From positions 3,251-67,250 of the forward strand of contig JAFGIL010000039.1 in NCBI GenBank assembly GCA_016929635.1: a stretch of DNA of 64,000 nt, written 5' to 3'. The stretch comes from Endomicrobiales bacterium. Lineage in GTDB: Bacteria; Elusimicrobiota; Endomicrobiia; Endomicrobiales; JAFGIL01. The notes under the pieces were generated by a model that was not told where the DNA came from, made no database searches, and worked only from the letters and a program-made list of their open reading frames with translations. Shown in pieces: positions 48,001 to 49,819 of this stretch. The translations under genes were made by a program, and so were the position numbers. Positions within the stretch are counted from its first letter, which is position 1, and each line of letters opens with the position of its first letter.

Positions 48001-49171
48001 ATATTTTATATGACAAATAATCCCCAAGATAACGCGTAAATTCAATAAGAAACAATATCTCGCGCTCGCTTTCTTTTTGCGCCAGGCGCAACCTGATCTC
48101 ATCCAATAATCTCTGTTCCTCTTTAATAAGCTCAAGAGGATTGATTCTTTGATTTAAATCAAGATTTGCAAAAAACGTCTTAAGATTCGGGAATTTATCT
48201 AATACCGAAGGTTTTTTATCTGCTATCCTGGAAAGATATATATAAAGCTCATTTGCTTTCGAAAAATTCGCAGTCCTTTCAATTAATAAGCTGTAAGTGT
48301 TATAAGGAAGCTTGCTCTTTAAAAAAATAATGAATTCCTTCATCTCCCTTGCAACAGCTTTATAATCGACTCTCTTCGATGTTTCAATCGAATCCGTAAA
48401 ATCAGACAGATTTTTGAAAGAACCAAGATCCACACCCAGCTTTTCAGCTTTTCTAATAAGGTAGTCATAATATTTTTCAGGTTTTAATTTTCCGGCTTTA
48501 AACTTCTTAACTACTTTATTCAGTTTTTTATTACTTCTGTTATAGTACCTGTCTTCCAGCCCGGTTAAATCGTCTTTGATGTCTTCTAACTTTTCTTTTA
48601 TCTGCGGCTGCTCCCTAACAATCCTGCTCAGCCTTAACATATTTTCCGTATGCAATTTTTTATTTTCCACTCCGATTAAAAGGTCATTTCTCTCTGACAC
48701 GGCAGCATAATGCTCGGCACCTGTAAGTTTACCGCTGTTTAGAAGCGCATCCAGAATTTCATTTCTAAGTTTTTTATCCCTGATACGGGTAAGCCAGGAA
48801 GTATTGAGCGCACCGCAGCTCCCTTCTATGTACACGTTCTTCAATGAATACTTTTTGTCCAGCACTTCCAATATTTTAGAAATATTTCTTTGCACCTCGG
48901 GGTGGCAATGCAGGTCTTGGATGTTTACTACTAGCGTAGAGCGTTTAGCGGATAGTGGATAGTTATCCTCCCCTATACGCTCTACGCTCTCCGCTATCCG
49001 CTGTTCTGTGATTCTCCCATATGAGGAAGGAAGCACAAAGCTGTCAAAAACATCTTTGTATCCGTTTATAGCACGCCTTTTTTCGACAACCGCATGTAAA
49101 GGCTGGCTTATTATAAACGTAAACGTGAAACAACTTATGGTTAATAGTGCGATGATTTTTTTATAGTTCAT
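27035..49171 (-). CDS. Giant (7,378 aa) signal-anchored polytopic multidomain protein of unknown function
   Basis: A single open frame of 22,137 nt. Every other frame across the interval is broken, and the longest competing ORF is 139 aa. Several independent conserved motifs fall in the same frame (see the sub-features). Confidence 0.9.
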   Translation of the reverse strand: MNYKKIIALLTISCFTFTFIISQPLHAVVEKRRAINGYKDVFDSFVLPSSYGRITEQRIAESVERIGEDNYPLSAKRSTLVVNIQDLHCHPEVQRNISKILEVLDKKYSLKNVYIEGSCGALNTSWLTRIRDKKLRNEILDALLNSGKLTGAEHYAAVSERNDLLIGVENKKLHTENMLRLSRIVREQPQIKEKLEDIKDDLTGLEDRYYNRSNKKLNKVVKKFKAGKLKPEKYYDYLIRKAEKLGVDLGSFKNLSDFTDSIETSKRVDYKAVAREMKEFIIFLKSKLPYNTYSLLIERTANFSKANELYIYLSRIADKKPSVLDKFPNLKTFFANLDLNQRINPLELIKEEQRLLDEIRLRLAQKESEREILFLIEFTRYLGDYLSYKISAEDYEYINKNFAKFELLWTRYVGNGKLSGISAYLQLLNDYYAVNLKRNDCLFANCKVIGHQSSVISQQIQTDDRLPVTDYENVVVLITGGFHTSGLKGIFKEKGVPYIVITPNVTEDTTFAESVYSDLIQQQSRILSNISGPAPVDMLALETLTRLMHTDESSPGEKVLAGRVYTKTILDKEVLENVKKLGAEVKKGGIEKVQEILDVTFKGSGLNIGLEEKGDDSILITVTCSDLQNPETFIYSIETGDINQFDPETEQKTDIYQATGLDDISDSIPGTGSRLADLIARITSKPGSVVDPIAKRWLGEGTKAHIATILAAPFWEEYLLRGLIIQGIFSLLGANAYSYLISWAASIIVFSAIHIIVRWIVEKEPPTAGDLLIFIPATIFTSVYILVSYITLPISPLLSPLISYIASTLAHFIWNSLYLYLVSIGKLPKWMKVASTLPTSNEHKIRQKLAELGIEVKYKEEIGYILKNSKTIAEVERRAALVSSFITLIERESSLSDSPIIFSEAQKSQALLSSFKQKTVDFMRIVHKLGLSKEQVRQCRIIFRRNLNPNMEEKLREFLDLHAIPEGPYKKSIIENLDGTKLSSTKLETAYEILDRIFDLLRESGLVKKDQEARFAAAILSGDIEELETLEKLIDIPEKTSSVRLLLFLLKMAKADWFRKILENRQYALILKLLKASRNIYHSDVLSEESFSLIEKFVNVPGMENKIFRIESGLSVVYERSTSIFGELGELKHAEALEGAGFEIIYLGLSMVTAEIDIVARKDGQLYFIEIKNYVVSTTNTAKELIEHSEYGLKYGKVIKFIETLNDPSNRTMKREFTRLFFDSDSSKSRRFLKNILTGEEPIRMVLSITPESLMKKGERGRDVKKFLEMVENDPYNPEIYEALYNNYPDLFYWIAGVVSDDIKANMLKWLEDSKDVRGPPVLVELAQVPADLSIEQDLVILPCFNPISTHIDADFRIIDDDSPDAGFVYIPALPGIERPKATKKELLDIAPPAIRSVDTYHVRAKRIETSLDGTPIGYIETVSINEAYMLPVKESQDGDVRVVEILQTSVNKLLEGYNFKGRFFIEVFGSAYTDINSDDQIDWDYISDLDTRICLRLEDVELTKVLMNELRVELAKEFANQLRLFGFEVTIGEKGANVTVSGRGIPELTIDIGVSKKPYIDPFAGYYGDLTILNESIQQMSRDEIINNVIAHYKRNYTNGFKLSNKDKPVEDWLKSLKRLAFLAHILGEVELQTKIRNLYVDYKYKLNRGESPRIFGPELRKSIEDLLDIFDPEEIGEEELARIIEIQVFGTSQTELEEKWRQVKDKHGQQVLDFLKTVNERYAIHEGIFNILLTTPGTWNVDEVMALINIFQDQRIDNAVIQKLSEYAETYALKEYVFNIAFYLRQVPFKPRSDMNDSELKDLISLNRELIKIGRTDKHFNPMALGVKSIREGLVSKDERQRNYNFLNVAAAKARGVKVAFFDLDGTLVGGYDYEFMYMRKDNPNFELMLELMRQGIKVEIVTTAAFETDTPRASYIYVYLDKFIKYIKDKEEFRSLFSLHAESGLKVYRVTQLGELSEIEERTIPIMRVDTNEFLFGALKQDIIQAVLESEYGQFFRRDDRMGYEGRIYLNQEALERERPGTDPDDFLEEVSSFMSSQREEMLQHYDLSEDELELAMSAMVEIYHAMPLISPMHDYIQISLTNKADTILRTLRYNGFSRKSAIYFDGSMHRGSAARDVFKTGVYCAWVSGPRETSELLGILLDKEESKNDLGTSTPKAEPVALAWNMALKVAEFTFSISGDTDILYFLHIFSPQLFYELRDIRRDVGTVEEFAEALSKYDKTHRGFIYNAAIAIMEYGLIDTTAELASFEEALQKGAMEVFEGEAACPISEVEVKFSETENLMGTAQNGGIATVTRKVSEQRVEILENTEFIDRLKNIGSPELWNKRYKDTRMDTEHRNLQFAKLNGQHEADEYMAINIEGSSNRRLFDEYLLKELRVNPGQLSQSRTTDNFHHFIEFLHELEMQRKLAEYYPENIKLAERLAGQWFLLWFTQYYGRAWEESDLRNGLNELISYIEKETSVVEETINRILAESSRGKAADMELIRQSVNDLLVAIDRINFEFANIVAIGEVLNMDEFLSHFSHWSRTSIAGARGFLELYTGTETLDLLPSVADVVLRGFGKLYFMLEVIRKECFPSEPWDVPVTANMNHKELEDAYTGLAAEISKGRRNAINRTEMRKRFRRKLAEVRAGDITEQERLEVGIVQEIMGEIFGGKTILSSIIDGFVEDYLDRKGVSPERFRDCFSLVASMDDFTDLDGTVEKSRQAAAVVDNIIHEGSDEVFAVYIARDAGYLFETDVYMQEIRDGPKRAGLVYPFKNEQEIYSKMHGVYLSVKEDIGEDDFAAFQKEFNARAKRLFDSDLEAFEQASRLYRQILDTGVLASGRKRVKFVDTFGSGKTPLFVSAVFEYFREETRMEDVVSEPFNILLRRDGLASSPSLVDIKTDGLTKYAQEKKYGIIVERHGIDLEGIEWEWEEHPFYVKLLEDGSLDKEDWPAGYLLSSIRDDITFNGVIKYLEKTGELSDRTPQARPVSKRTEEIKDFGPEEKALVLKKATAVIKDLARRMFVKVYDVKWARTSRYPRGTIEVIVNSKRGNVQGFQSYIKSMWNSYVLQGLDEGKKIGLKVTIITSEESRVAGYGIQTDTKYQAEEIVLNSKFWQWVQRNTDVDIEQPPARLNLWVYALFKAVVGIVSFSIAGVHEAPKIWNFREFIQGHAREGEKLSVLYAGWLGLVTLVIYGLSIALPIVSVATLVSAGLAGISPGLWIGSFIYMILLGIINLKMDLTFFESLTVVPHYAVNIILLPVVPVINFVGGLVGMTFNVIINPLYNSIKNRLIAGIPNELKQKPIVYVTSEIAIQNTVFAGGLGKLAADTAYAASDVADSNMIFMTLLYQGGRHPVEQENGTYTRGFYKSDYSKVDGIEQVMARDERGEEVPLEVELDITGEKIKVKVWKQVIKGEKGASTVYYLDCPSINYELYPDWPWDRFRQELLLGKGSVEVLKALQIQPTVIHMNEAATSFTAPFAMDDEHFKDTRYVFATHTPVKAALRSYEEGWWNRTGIPDKYRGAFVRDGRMQLTQGAMNLMQGDHGMIYGVSEKHEEVSRDMFPEFSHVIHSVTNGSHIGFWRHPDLKKVRSKAKLAEVKKRLKGDMIGRVKELTGVELDEDKPVALFTRRMVEYKRLWMILSDDGIVDLMLKDKEEGGLGMQLVVAGNPYGDYGLWMIKSIKSLQEKYPGKIVYIPGYDEGDLSVNRMLFAGGDFILHIPRLREEASGTSFQMASINGVPSANSQDGAPLEHIKEFDPETGNGNGFMMAQDNREALMDMLRKISDIYYNDADAWRDVSWNAFKSSEGEMSAVRMVKDYYNHLYLPVYKAGKIDSLENMQPGRSVITNVEQGGEVTVTVDLGIHDLSPRAATVELWSNFTGEWRAHKMTPLRQISSIEGREVWQYGITFTPLETGTFKYTVRAGVHDERTGDYKILYWFDGPGNDGIVSVKEREGGYFATQEISMASAASLPLVILLTAALLLWPVWFMGRSNVVVWITRALGMRASPEGKETLIKGIEGIKFVSREKTGFFEVPEASKNTIHVNPFVHAILSEYPRLGKAFLYAQGIIGFEAYHLIHPDKSKSTLKIEFPAYLINRILPVFLGAGIGMILVFSGFASGVWVLIAIAVSIPVITALISWYEFMAWRRRRIQELKDEKLEKRLQNLSEKLIASRYPLKILRDLFELGRPAVPVIIEWLRQTHNKEKEARMLAVDWLGENNYKEALDVFGEIVKEEKDSEVIQRTVRAIGRIQDKKDTAIHKFILSRYIESKDDASIRYLTLKSMAGMETDEAYEILLDRLRNDSDPFVRNEAMESLVKMKYPKAVDVIIERVNEDEAIVVQIFAVRLLGEINDEKAVGPIIDLFHRNLSIGIPSKDLSYVIGYALAGIGTQRVAEFAVELLDEGFYLTLYGILDFNRPMFPELIAWLKNNSGKKDNERSVLIGHMREADIRRETDFIIELLENDQSGDVRAKAAAALGKVRKSKVFKALANSLLNDPISEVRVSAAEALGEQGSPKAVDYLVERLRNDEDYKVRTVSAKSLGLIRSPRAVSILIEKLSTDESPDVRLASADALGEIRTTEAVGPLLDRVRYDEDNTVKMYAVGALERIGDQAAVPYLAEILESVPLDNANLRARIGTVSGNITLSTVNRIINAPANRGVREIIQTVRSDVLRRFLRLQSIVLRAEGQARENWYEFTRSLLRNSPSLKFKPLPRGVKFPEEPEPVDADLLPAYEDVNSLFKTIDAAEGVERMGTYVTTWGRKVLYKRQDGTYFSLKIQKEDEDVEALARERNNLEFLHALKDRERAAGIKDGLKGEWARPAGNDGSIYRVRIPESETVTKTGEQISLAQADGYYTVLVLEETRETLMYLDGSAGMDSSKADMELVRELLGEDIDSTQFENANRMIINDMMKLLEYGIVHPDTIYLYHEELMLRGEERARTGANTAANRLDEASWNWMLFGRMSAPLKSARFSNYRLAGFADVEKLTTISAISEGRYNRRYFSTVGRERPHDRTDTGLVGADPKKIAYYYFGAYLLSLVLTRLSWMDTEEPFVYLGAEDRRQKLAVSLKDTFNQAFVDFSGSEISGLDSVIGDEGWQLMADQLVYFLSGQHAEDVASQDEEAMERLHSMFPGSEVEILSLETLEELDPKREYFRKKSPRNGLMIGNSYNSQDRDLGAINANNPATELWKALCIYSAFAVTENGMKEKKRSDRLIRLWKPLFESLGFWIGYIGVVYGVPLILGFLGVDASIVLSIKDVLMSKTFRLVLYAGLNTIFGLLHKRLFRYNRDLVEWLPDEKPASIPARFGVGLIGALTIHTPVLLHIFGINISSLLPILLPQFLTIPGLFVSIFVLHLVWNNVIARLFGLFALAGSKAGKSVSTNVDRRALLEIFPHQDYLEYLYLYGFGSQLIVNNEDLQVQGLKAKKVFKELRAQWDYISPAANRDKKISLGKVDSKGAIEHFKEIIDYIERNLYILKALIEQEPDNVEEIIEGMEDVSNFADGIKLLLEHKARGSVDVNDVVSKISGLVFSKYYADRYDITVRTGLRAEGELDVSQDKLAYLLLALFVPFRNQNGLEFYINTYNEDGNLVIQIDTNNVFSPTRFKQIGADFIDAVLEELGGALAVTKRGKKNYTIKVTFPLKTETEPVANSMAESLQTLINKINHDYIRHAVEVAQEVSRGERERAIIYCDTTEQAIGTFVAANKFRAVRAVIADLTPTITYDKRNTTVLSRAHNDTNILIIDRSKGTAEERAQIEKEWLETAYEGIEEPRHQERLDMFMEIPEPVPPSPTAKKQAGKTRIAIGCDHGAIELMEALQEKLVEELGLSLKERGIEIVLQPVGVDRDTIASKKAAGENINYPEYGQKVARIVLSGESDLGIVQCGTGFGICMSLEKFAGMRGVVTNNVDAAVVAREKFDANVIALGGRIFTEDDKSVHIDEVLEIIKAWLETEPSPEAAANIEDIETAEKIAAMQSEMSNLPASARGSKIAAVISGIGAVLVPVILWLVGNWIGVPWIMYLIRALSISAGLVLISGSLAMMNQSGYIKDAINISDSKRNNDAISRKQEELNLEIREVIEELNKKYEKQGYVFRDFEDRENPPGEKIDGIAGIDPNNLVDEKRRKVIYIDALAFGLLPEYLKKHIIEKHEAVHLRQFADILPPVARKGSGTDFDELVKYGAKISKKYPWFNPVYVLAKPNSDGKQAYFVISSDSEEARRVYDSPEKYQVSVLFETAFENREGELVGYQGRALFHPCTIEGEDRFICYHGIGLTPSFVHNPGRNFAVGPVYSGFMARDEAEKRSDMSKKLTSADSAVIIPEVDSIVGLEHVWSRNTGLVGVEDLGDFFIPGEKNNTDWVDPVFVSYKPQPLEDIITLEDVLEMPAEMQERVIRSLLEKKGVIKKGMFRKKIDKKTLFDLYIDFLLKNVTSQVALWYEKGYTHGMISRQNISINGHLRDLATAKPVNFDIVDMDLMSLDIVLRMITDLAGYAGMYDRAELIDSIKDKAIHLLRDSFTAGFWDKARNHILSIIAVDDPSWNKEFLIIEREWVLLDIAQEFVDAGILERVGRDDDCIVYRVKQEYHKLSREQFDWNILRDHMAMPSNMVEVANGNVSTIRDEVNAGDKEKKSGWRAEVAPYTNQVIGSISILPNVIRDIIRRALFAARRTANVNRIARESVEAQMDGFSGLRQQYPYAVNRDTVHIVYDERNLESKQKELAALKEAGVNAHGVGFIPKGYNLRKNGFRKQTGIPNLVVRINDRSVPIDVWKNESTGMILIQRRLVNQEALTLYLLTCQLLYRGIIDDDVNEMLIAGQPKSRASNRQSLPEVIFIDNMGMVPGEALQSFNPVYNEDGSVTLSFDALKVTFPDVDKAEDLLRDAEVIADASGVHENMQGFVRQAKASRRVNLVLERGMSFMQRFRKIWQGFLTNTIQSVTSWEVALVMDMSVDEFGVSNLAERITELRDRDNSMWTPLSTLMLRDIYVEDSPGVLTPEIAEKTAELQAAVTKLKQAKIKVSVPVRVTKEEQLQGQGLNNLITNMLTAGLNGIAYDEVYLDFRAMTAPAQQQAVRTWYQGFSREVLSKLPIKKVYFVLPQGLQDLSEDNAVMIESPRELDRMIRMVKSRAVNMKCVVIPSDYYERALSQAEKGERVTTIGVRTKIMRLITRYEPQNPQECFEQSSKSGEAFFMKRSGELLDVNMDFYPDKFKRLCEISDMCLENEIIDEGLLIEVPEMFAEEGRIRQEFDRLVDRIRHNDDMEEQVNAYAEFRGFLVGIACAMAKARYISDIKFEAPEYESAFLKLLLIEIANLDEGIDINEVLKRVTSVEYEHTLPERLQRQSPHQIIAPYIGNFGDIRTWGDRGRGVLVTDLLNILFTHYQRQEPFIVEEAPQAAIAALQQAINAAG
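29750..30560 (-). other. Giant protein: SelO/YdiU-like or other protein-kinase-fold module (tentative, aa ~6204-6474)
   Basis: YTHGMISRQNISINGHLRDLA aligns position by position to SelO HGVMNTDNMSILGLTIDYG. Upstream, ICYHGIGLTPS...GR......G.MARDEAEK resembles LQLKGaGrTPys..GDGR....ssiREfl.sEA. Confidence 0.3.
31120..31285 (-). other. Giant protein: hydrophobic cluster (2-3 TM helices, aa ~5963-6018)
   Basis: SKIAAVISGIGAVLVPVILWLVGNWIGVPWIMYLIRALSISAGLVLISGSLAMM. Confidence 0.5.
31385..31850 (-). other. Giant protein: RpiB/LacAB-family sugar-phosphate isomerase-like module 2 (aa ~5774-5929)
   Basis: RIAIGCDHGAIELMEAL (IAIGsDHaG.eLKe), YPEYGQKVARIVLSGESDLGIVQCGTGFGICMSLEKFAGMRG, and AREKFDANVIALGGR. 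Confidence 0.7.
31940..32190 (-). other. Giant protein: partial RpiB/LacAB-like module 1 (C-terminal half of the fold only)
   Basis: AIGTFVAANKFRAVRAVIA......VLSRAHNDTNILIIDRS parallels RpiB GiG.SIAANK..GIRAA......a...ReHNdaNVL.lG.R. Confidence 0.4.
33120..33600 (-). other. Giant protein: degenerate CPBP-like membrane domain 2 (aa ~5191-5351)
   Basis: Hydrophobic helices carry IFGLLHKRL (FxxxH) and FVLHLVWNN (HxxxN). The EExxxR position is reduced to FESLGFW. Confidence 0.4.
35360..36650 (-). other. Giant protein: HEAT / PBS-lyase-type repeat array (aa ~4174-4604)
   Basis: The unit D..VR..AA.ALG.i....Av..Li..L.d is repeated at least 8 times, for example DPISEVRVSAAEALGEQGSPKAVDYLVERLRND and SPDVRLASADALGEIRTTEAVGPLLDRVRYD. 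Confidence 0.7.
37370..37700 (-). other. Giant protein: beta-sandwich (E-set/CBM-like) module after the GT35 domain (tentative)
   Basis: GGEVTVTVDLG...ATVELWSNFTGEW...MTP......WQYGITF.PLETGTFKYTVRAG has the alternating beta-strand pattern of carbohydrate-binding or E-set domains. Confidence 0.3.
37740..39315 (-). other. Giant protein: alpha-glucan phosphorylase (GT35, GlgP-type) domain lacking the PLP lysine (aa ~3286-3811)
   Basis: Collinear family motifs are present: SEIA..GGLGKLAAD, IHMNEAATSF, FATHTPV, GVSEKHEEVSRDMF, VTNGSHIGFW, FTRRMVEYKR and EASGTSFQMASING. The last is canonically EASGTSGMKAALNG. Confidence 0.75.
39330..39825 (-). other. Giant protein: hydrophobic cluster (about 5-6 predicted TM helices, aa ~3116-3281)
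   Basis: LNLWVYALFKAVVGIVSFSIAGV ... LVTLVIYGLSIALPIVSVATLVSAGLAGI ... FIYMILLGIINL ... VNIILLPVVPVINFVGGLVGMTF. Confidence 0.5.
42780..43600 (-). other. Giant protein: HAD-superfamily-like hydrolase module (aa ~1860-2130)
   Basis: Motif I is VAFFDLDGTLVGG (D1865-x-D1867). A motif II-like EIVTTAAF follows. The distal AIYFDGSMHRGSAARD is only loosely like motif IV. Confidence 0.45.
44500..44850 (-). other. Giant protein: possible Pol-beta-type nucleotidyltransferase-like module (weak)
   Basis: FIEVFGSAYTDINSDDQIDWDYISDLDTRICL has a G-S ... D-x-D arrangement, but the 17-aa spacer is longer than the usual 9-13. Confidence 0.2.
45645..45800 (-). other. Giant protein: YraN/UPF0102-like PD-(D/E)xK nuclease-fold module (aa ~1125-1175)
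   Basis: GELGELKHAEALEGAGFEIIYLG...AEIDIVARKDGQLYFIEIKNY matches the YraN pattern G.GE..A...L...G..I......GEIDlia......fVEVK. Confidence 0.45.
46690..47090 (-). other. Giant protein: CPBP (CAAX/Abi-type) intramembrane protease-like domain 1 (aa ~695-825)
   Basis: All three family motifs sit in hydrophobic helices: FWEEYLLRG (EExxxR), FSAIHII (FxxxH) and AHFIWN (HxxxN). Confidence 0.6.
47670..48931 (-). other. Giant protein: ChaN / TraB / Tiki / EreA-superfamily-like domain (tentative, aa ~81-500)
   Basis: VVNIQDLHCHPEVQRNISKILEVLDKK..NVYIEG resembles the ChaN N-terminal pattern (vvllGE.Hdnp.hH..q...L....lalE). VVVLITGGFHTSGL resembles the C-terminal vvv.G.gH..G motif. Confidence 0.3.
49091..49171 (-). 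other. Giant protein: N-terminal signal peptide / signal anchor (aa 1-27)
   Basis: MNYKKIIALLTISCFTFTFIISQPLHA has a basic n-region, a hydrophobic core and an A-x-A-like end. Confidence 0.6.
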
Positions 49172-49700
49172 TTTTCTGCAAATAAAAAACCCGATTTATT
49201 AAGGAATAAATCGGGTTTGCATATCTTTTATTCAAAAATGACATAATAATGCTATCTATTGCACCTCGCGGTAAAAGATAAAACAGCAACATAAATAAAG
49301 TAAAAAGCCATAGTTCCTGCTTGTACCTTGATTTTGGTATAACCTCTATATTAAAAAGATCCCGGGAGCAATCGGCGTATTTAATAAAGCCATCTGCTTT
49401 ATTAATCCTGGATGCCTTGAGAATCAAGTTATTCGTATTGGGAACTAAACAAGAATCTTTTTCAGGTTTTACCGGCTTCCTTGAGTGTTTGCCTTTTTCC
49501 TGATTGGGTAAAGAACTCTCTTCCATCATCGAATCCAGCATTTTAACTGCTATATCTGATATGTACTTTGAAAGGAAGAAGCTTGTCCCCAGCGATGACG
49601 GGTTGGAAACAGTATCAACCTGAAAATCAACCGACAGAAGGGTTGAGAAAGGATTAAGTATCAAACAGGAAATAATGACTAATATAAGTTTTTGTTTCAT
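49161..49700 (-). CDS. Hypothetical bitopic membrane protein (179 aa) overlapping the giant ORF start
   Basis: An N-terminal signal sequence (MKQKLILVIISCLILNPFSTLLS) and a C-proximal TM helix (LWLFTLFMLLFYLL). The stop TAA at 49163..49161 overlaps the giant start (AUGAACUAUAA). Confidence 0.6.
   Translation of the reverse strand: MKQKLILVIISCLILNPFSTLLSVDFQVDTVSNPSSLGTSFFLSKYISDIAVKMLDSMMEESSLPNQEKGKHSRKPVKPEKDSCLVPNTNNLILKASRINKADGFIKYADCSRDLFNIEVIPKSRYKQELWLFTLFMLLFYLLPRGAIDSIIMSFLNKRYANPIYSLINRVFYLQKNEL
49176..49218 (-). terminator. Intrinsic-terminator-like hairpin plus U-tract immediately upstream of the giant ORF start, inside the 3' end of the upstream ORF
   Basis: Minus-sense RNA reads AAACCCGAUUUAUU-CCUU-AAUAAAUCGGGUUU, then UUUAUUUG. 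The stem is a perfect 14 bp with a CCCG/CGGG base. The giant ATG is at 49171. Confidence 0.5.
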
Positions 49701-49736
49701 AAACTGGTCTATTATATAGTATTTAATATTATTATA

Positions 49737-49764
49737 ATTATAAACAAAATTTATGAAATTTCAA
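49737..49764 (-). promoter_or_regulatory. Sigma70-like promoter candidate for the small-ORF + giant-ORF unit (TTGAAA-N16-TATAAT)
   Basis: On the minus strand, TTGAAA lies at 49764..49759 and TATAAT at 49742..49737. This is about 37 nt upstream of the ATG at 49700. Confidence 0.35.
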
Positions 49765-49819
49765 GGGAATTTTTGTGAAATCTTTGTAAAAGTTATTGAA
49801 TTGGCAGGCTATTTTTGAT

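Noticed and set aside
27261-48039. About 35 short ORFs (60-139 aa) on the plus strand or in other minus frames inside the giant-gene interval, for example 31480..31899 and 31814..32200.
   Set aside because: All lie antisense to or out of frame with a frame that carries many conserved motifs. Their translations are low-complexity (Ser/Leu/Phe/Ile-rich), as expected from reading an AT-rich coding strand backwards. I recognised no motifs in them.
27035-49700. The giant-gene region considered as a mobile or horizontally acquired island.
   Set aside because: No integrase, transposase, tRNA-adjacent attachment site or flanking direct repeats are visible. The neighbours are co-oriented housekeeping genes. 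A compositional shift cannot be assessed without computation, so the question stays open and is not claimed.
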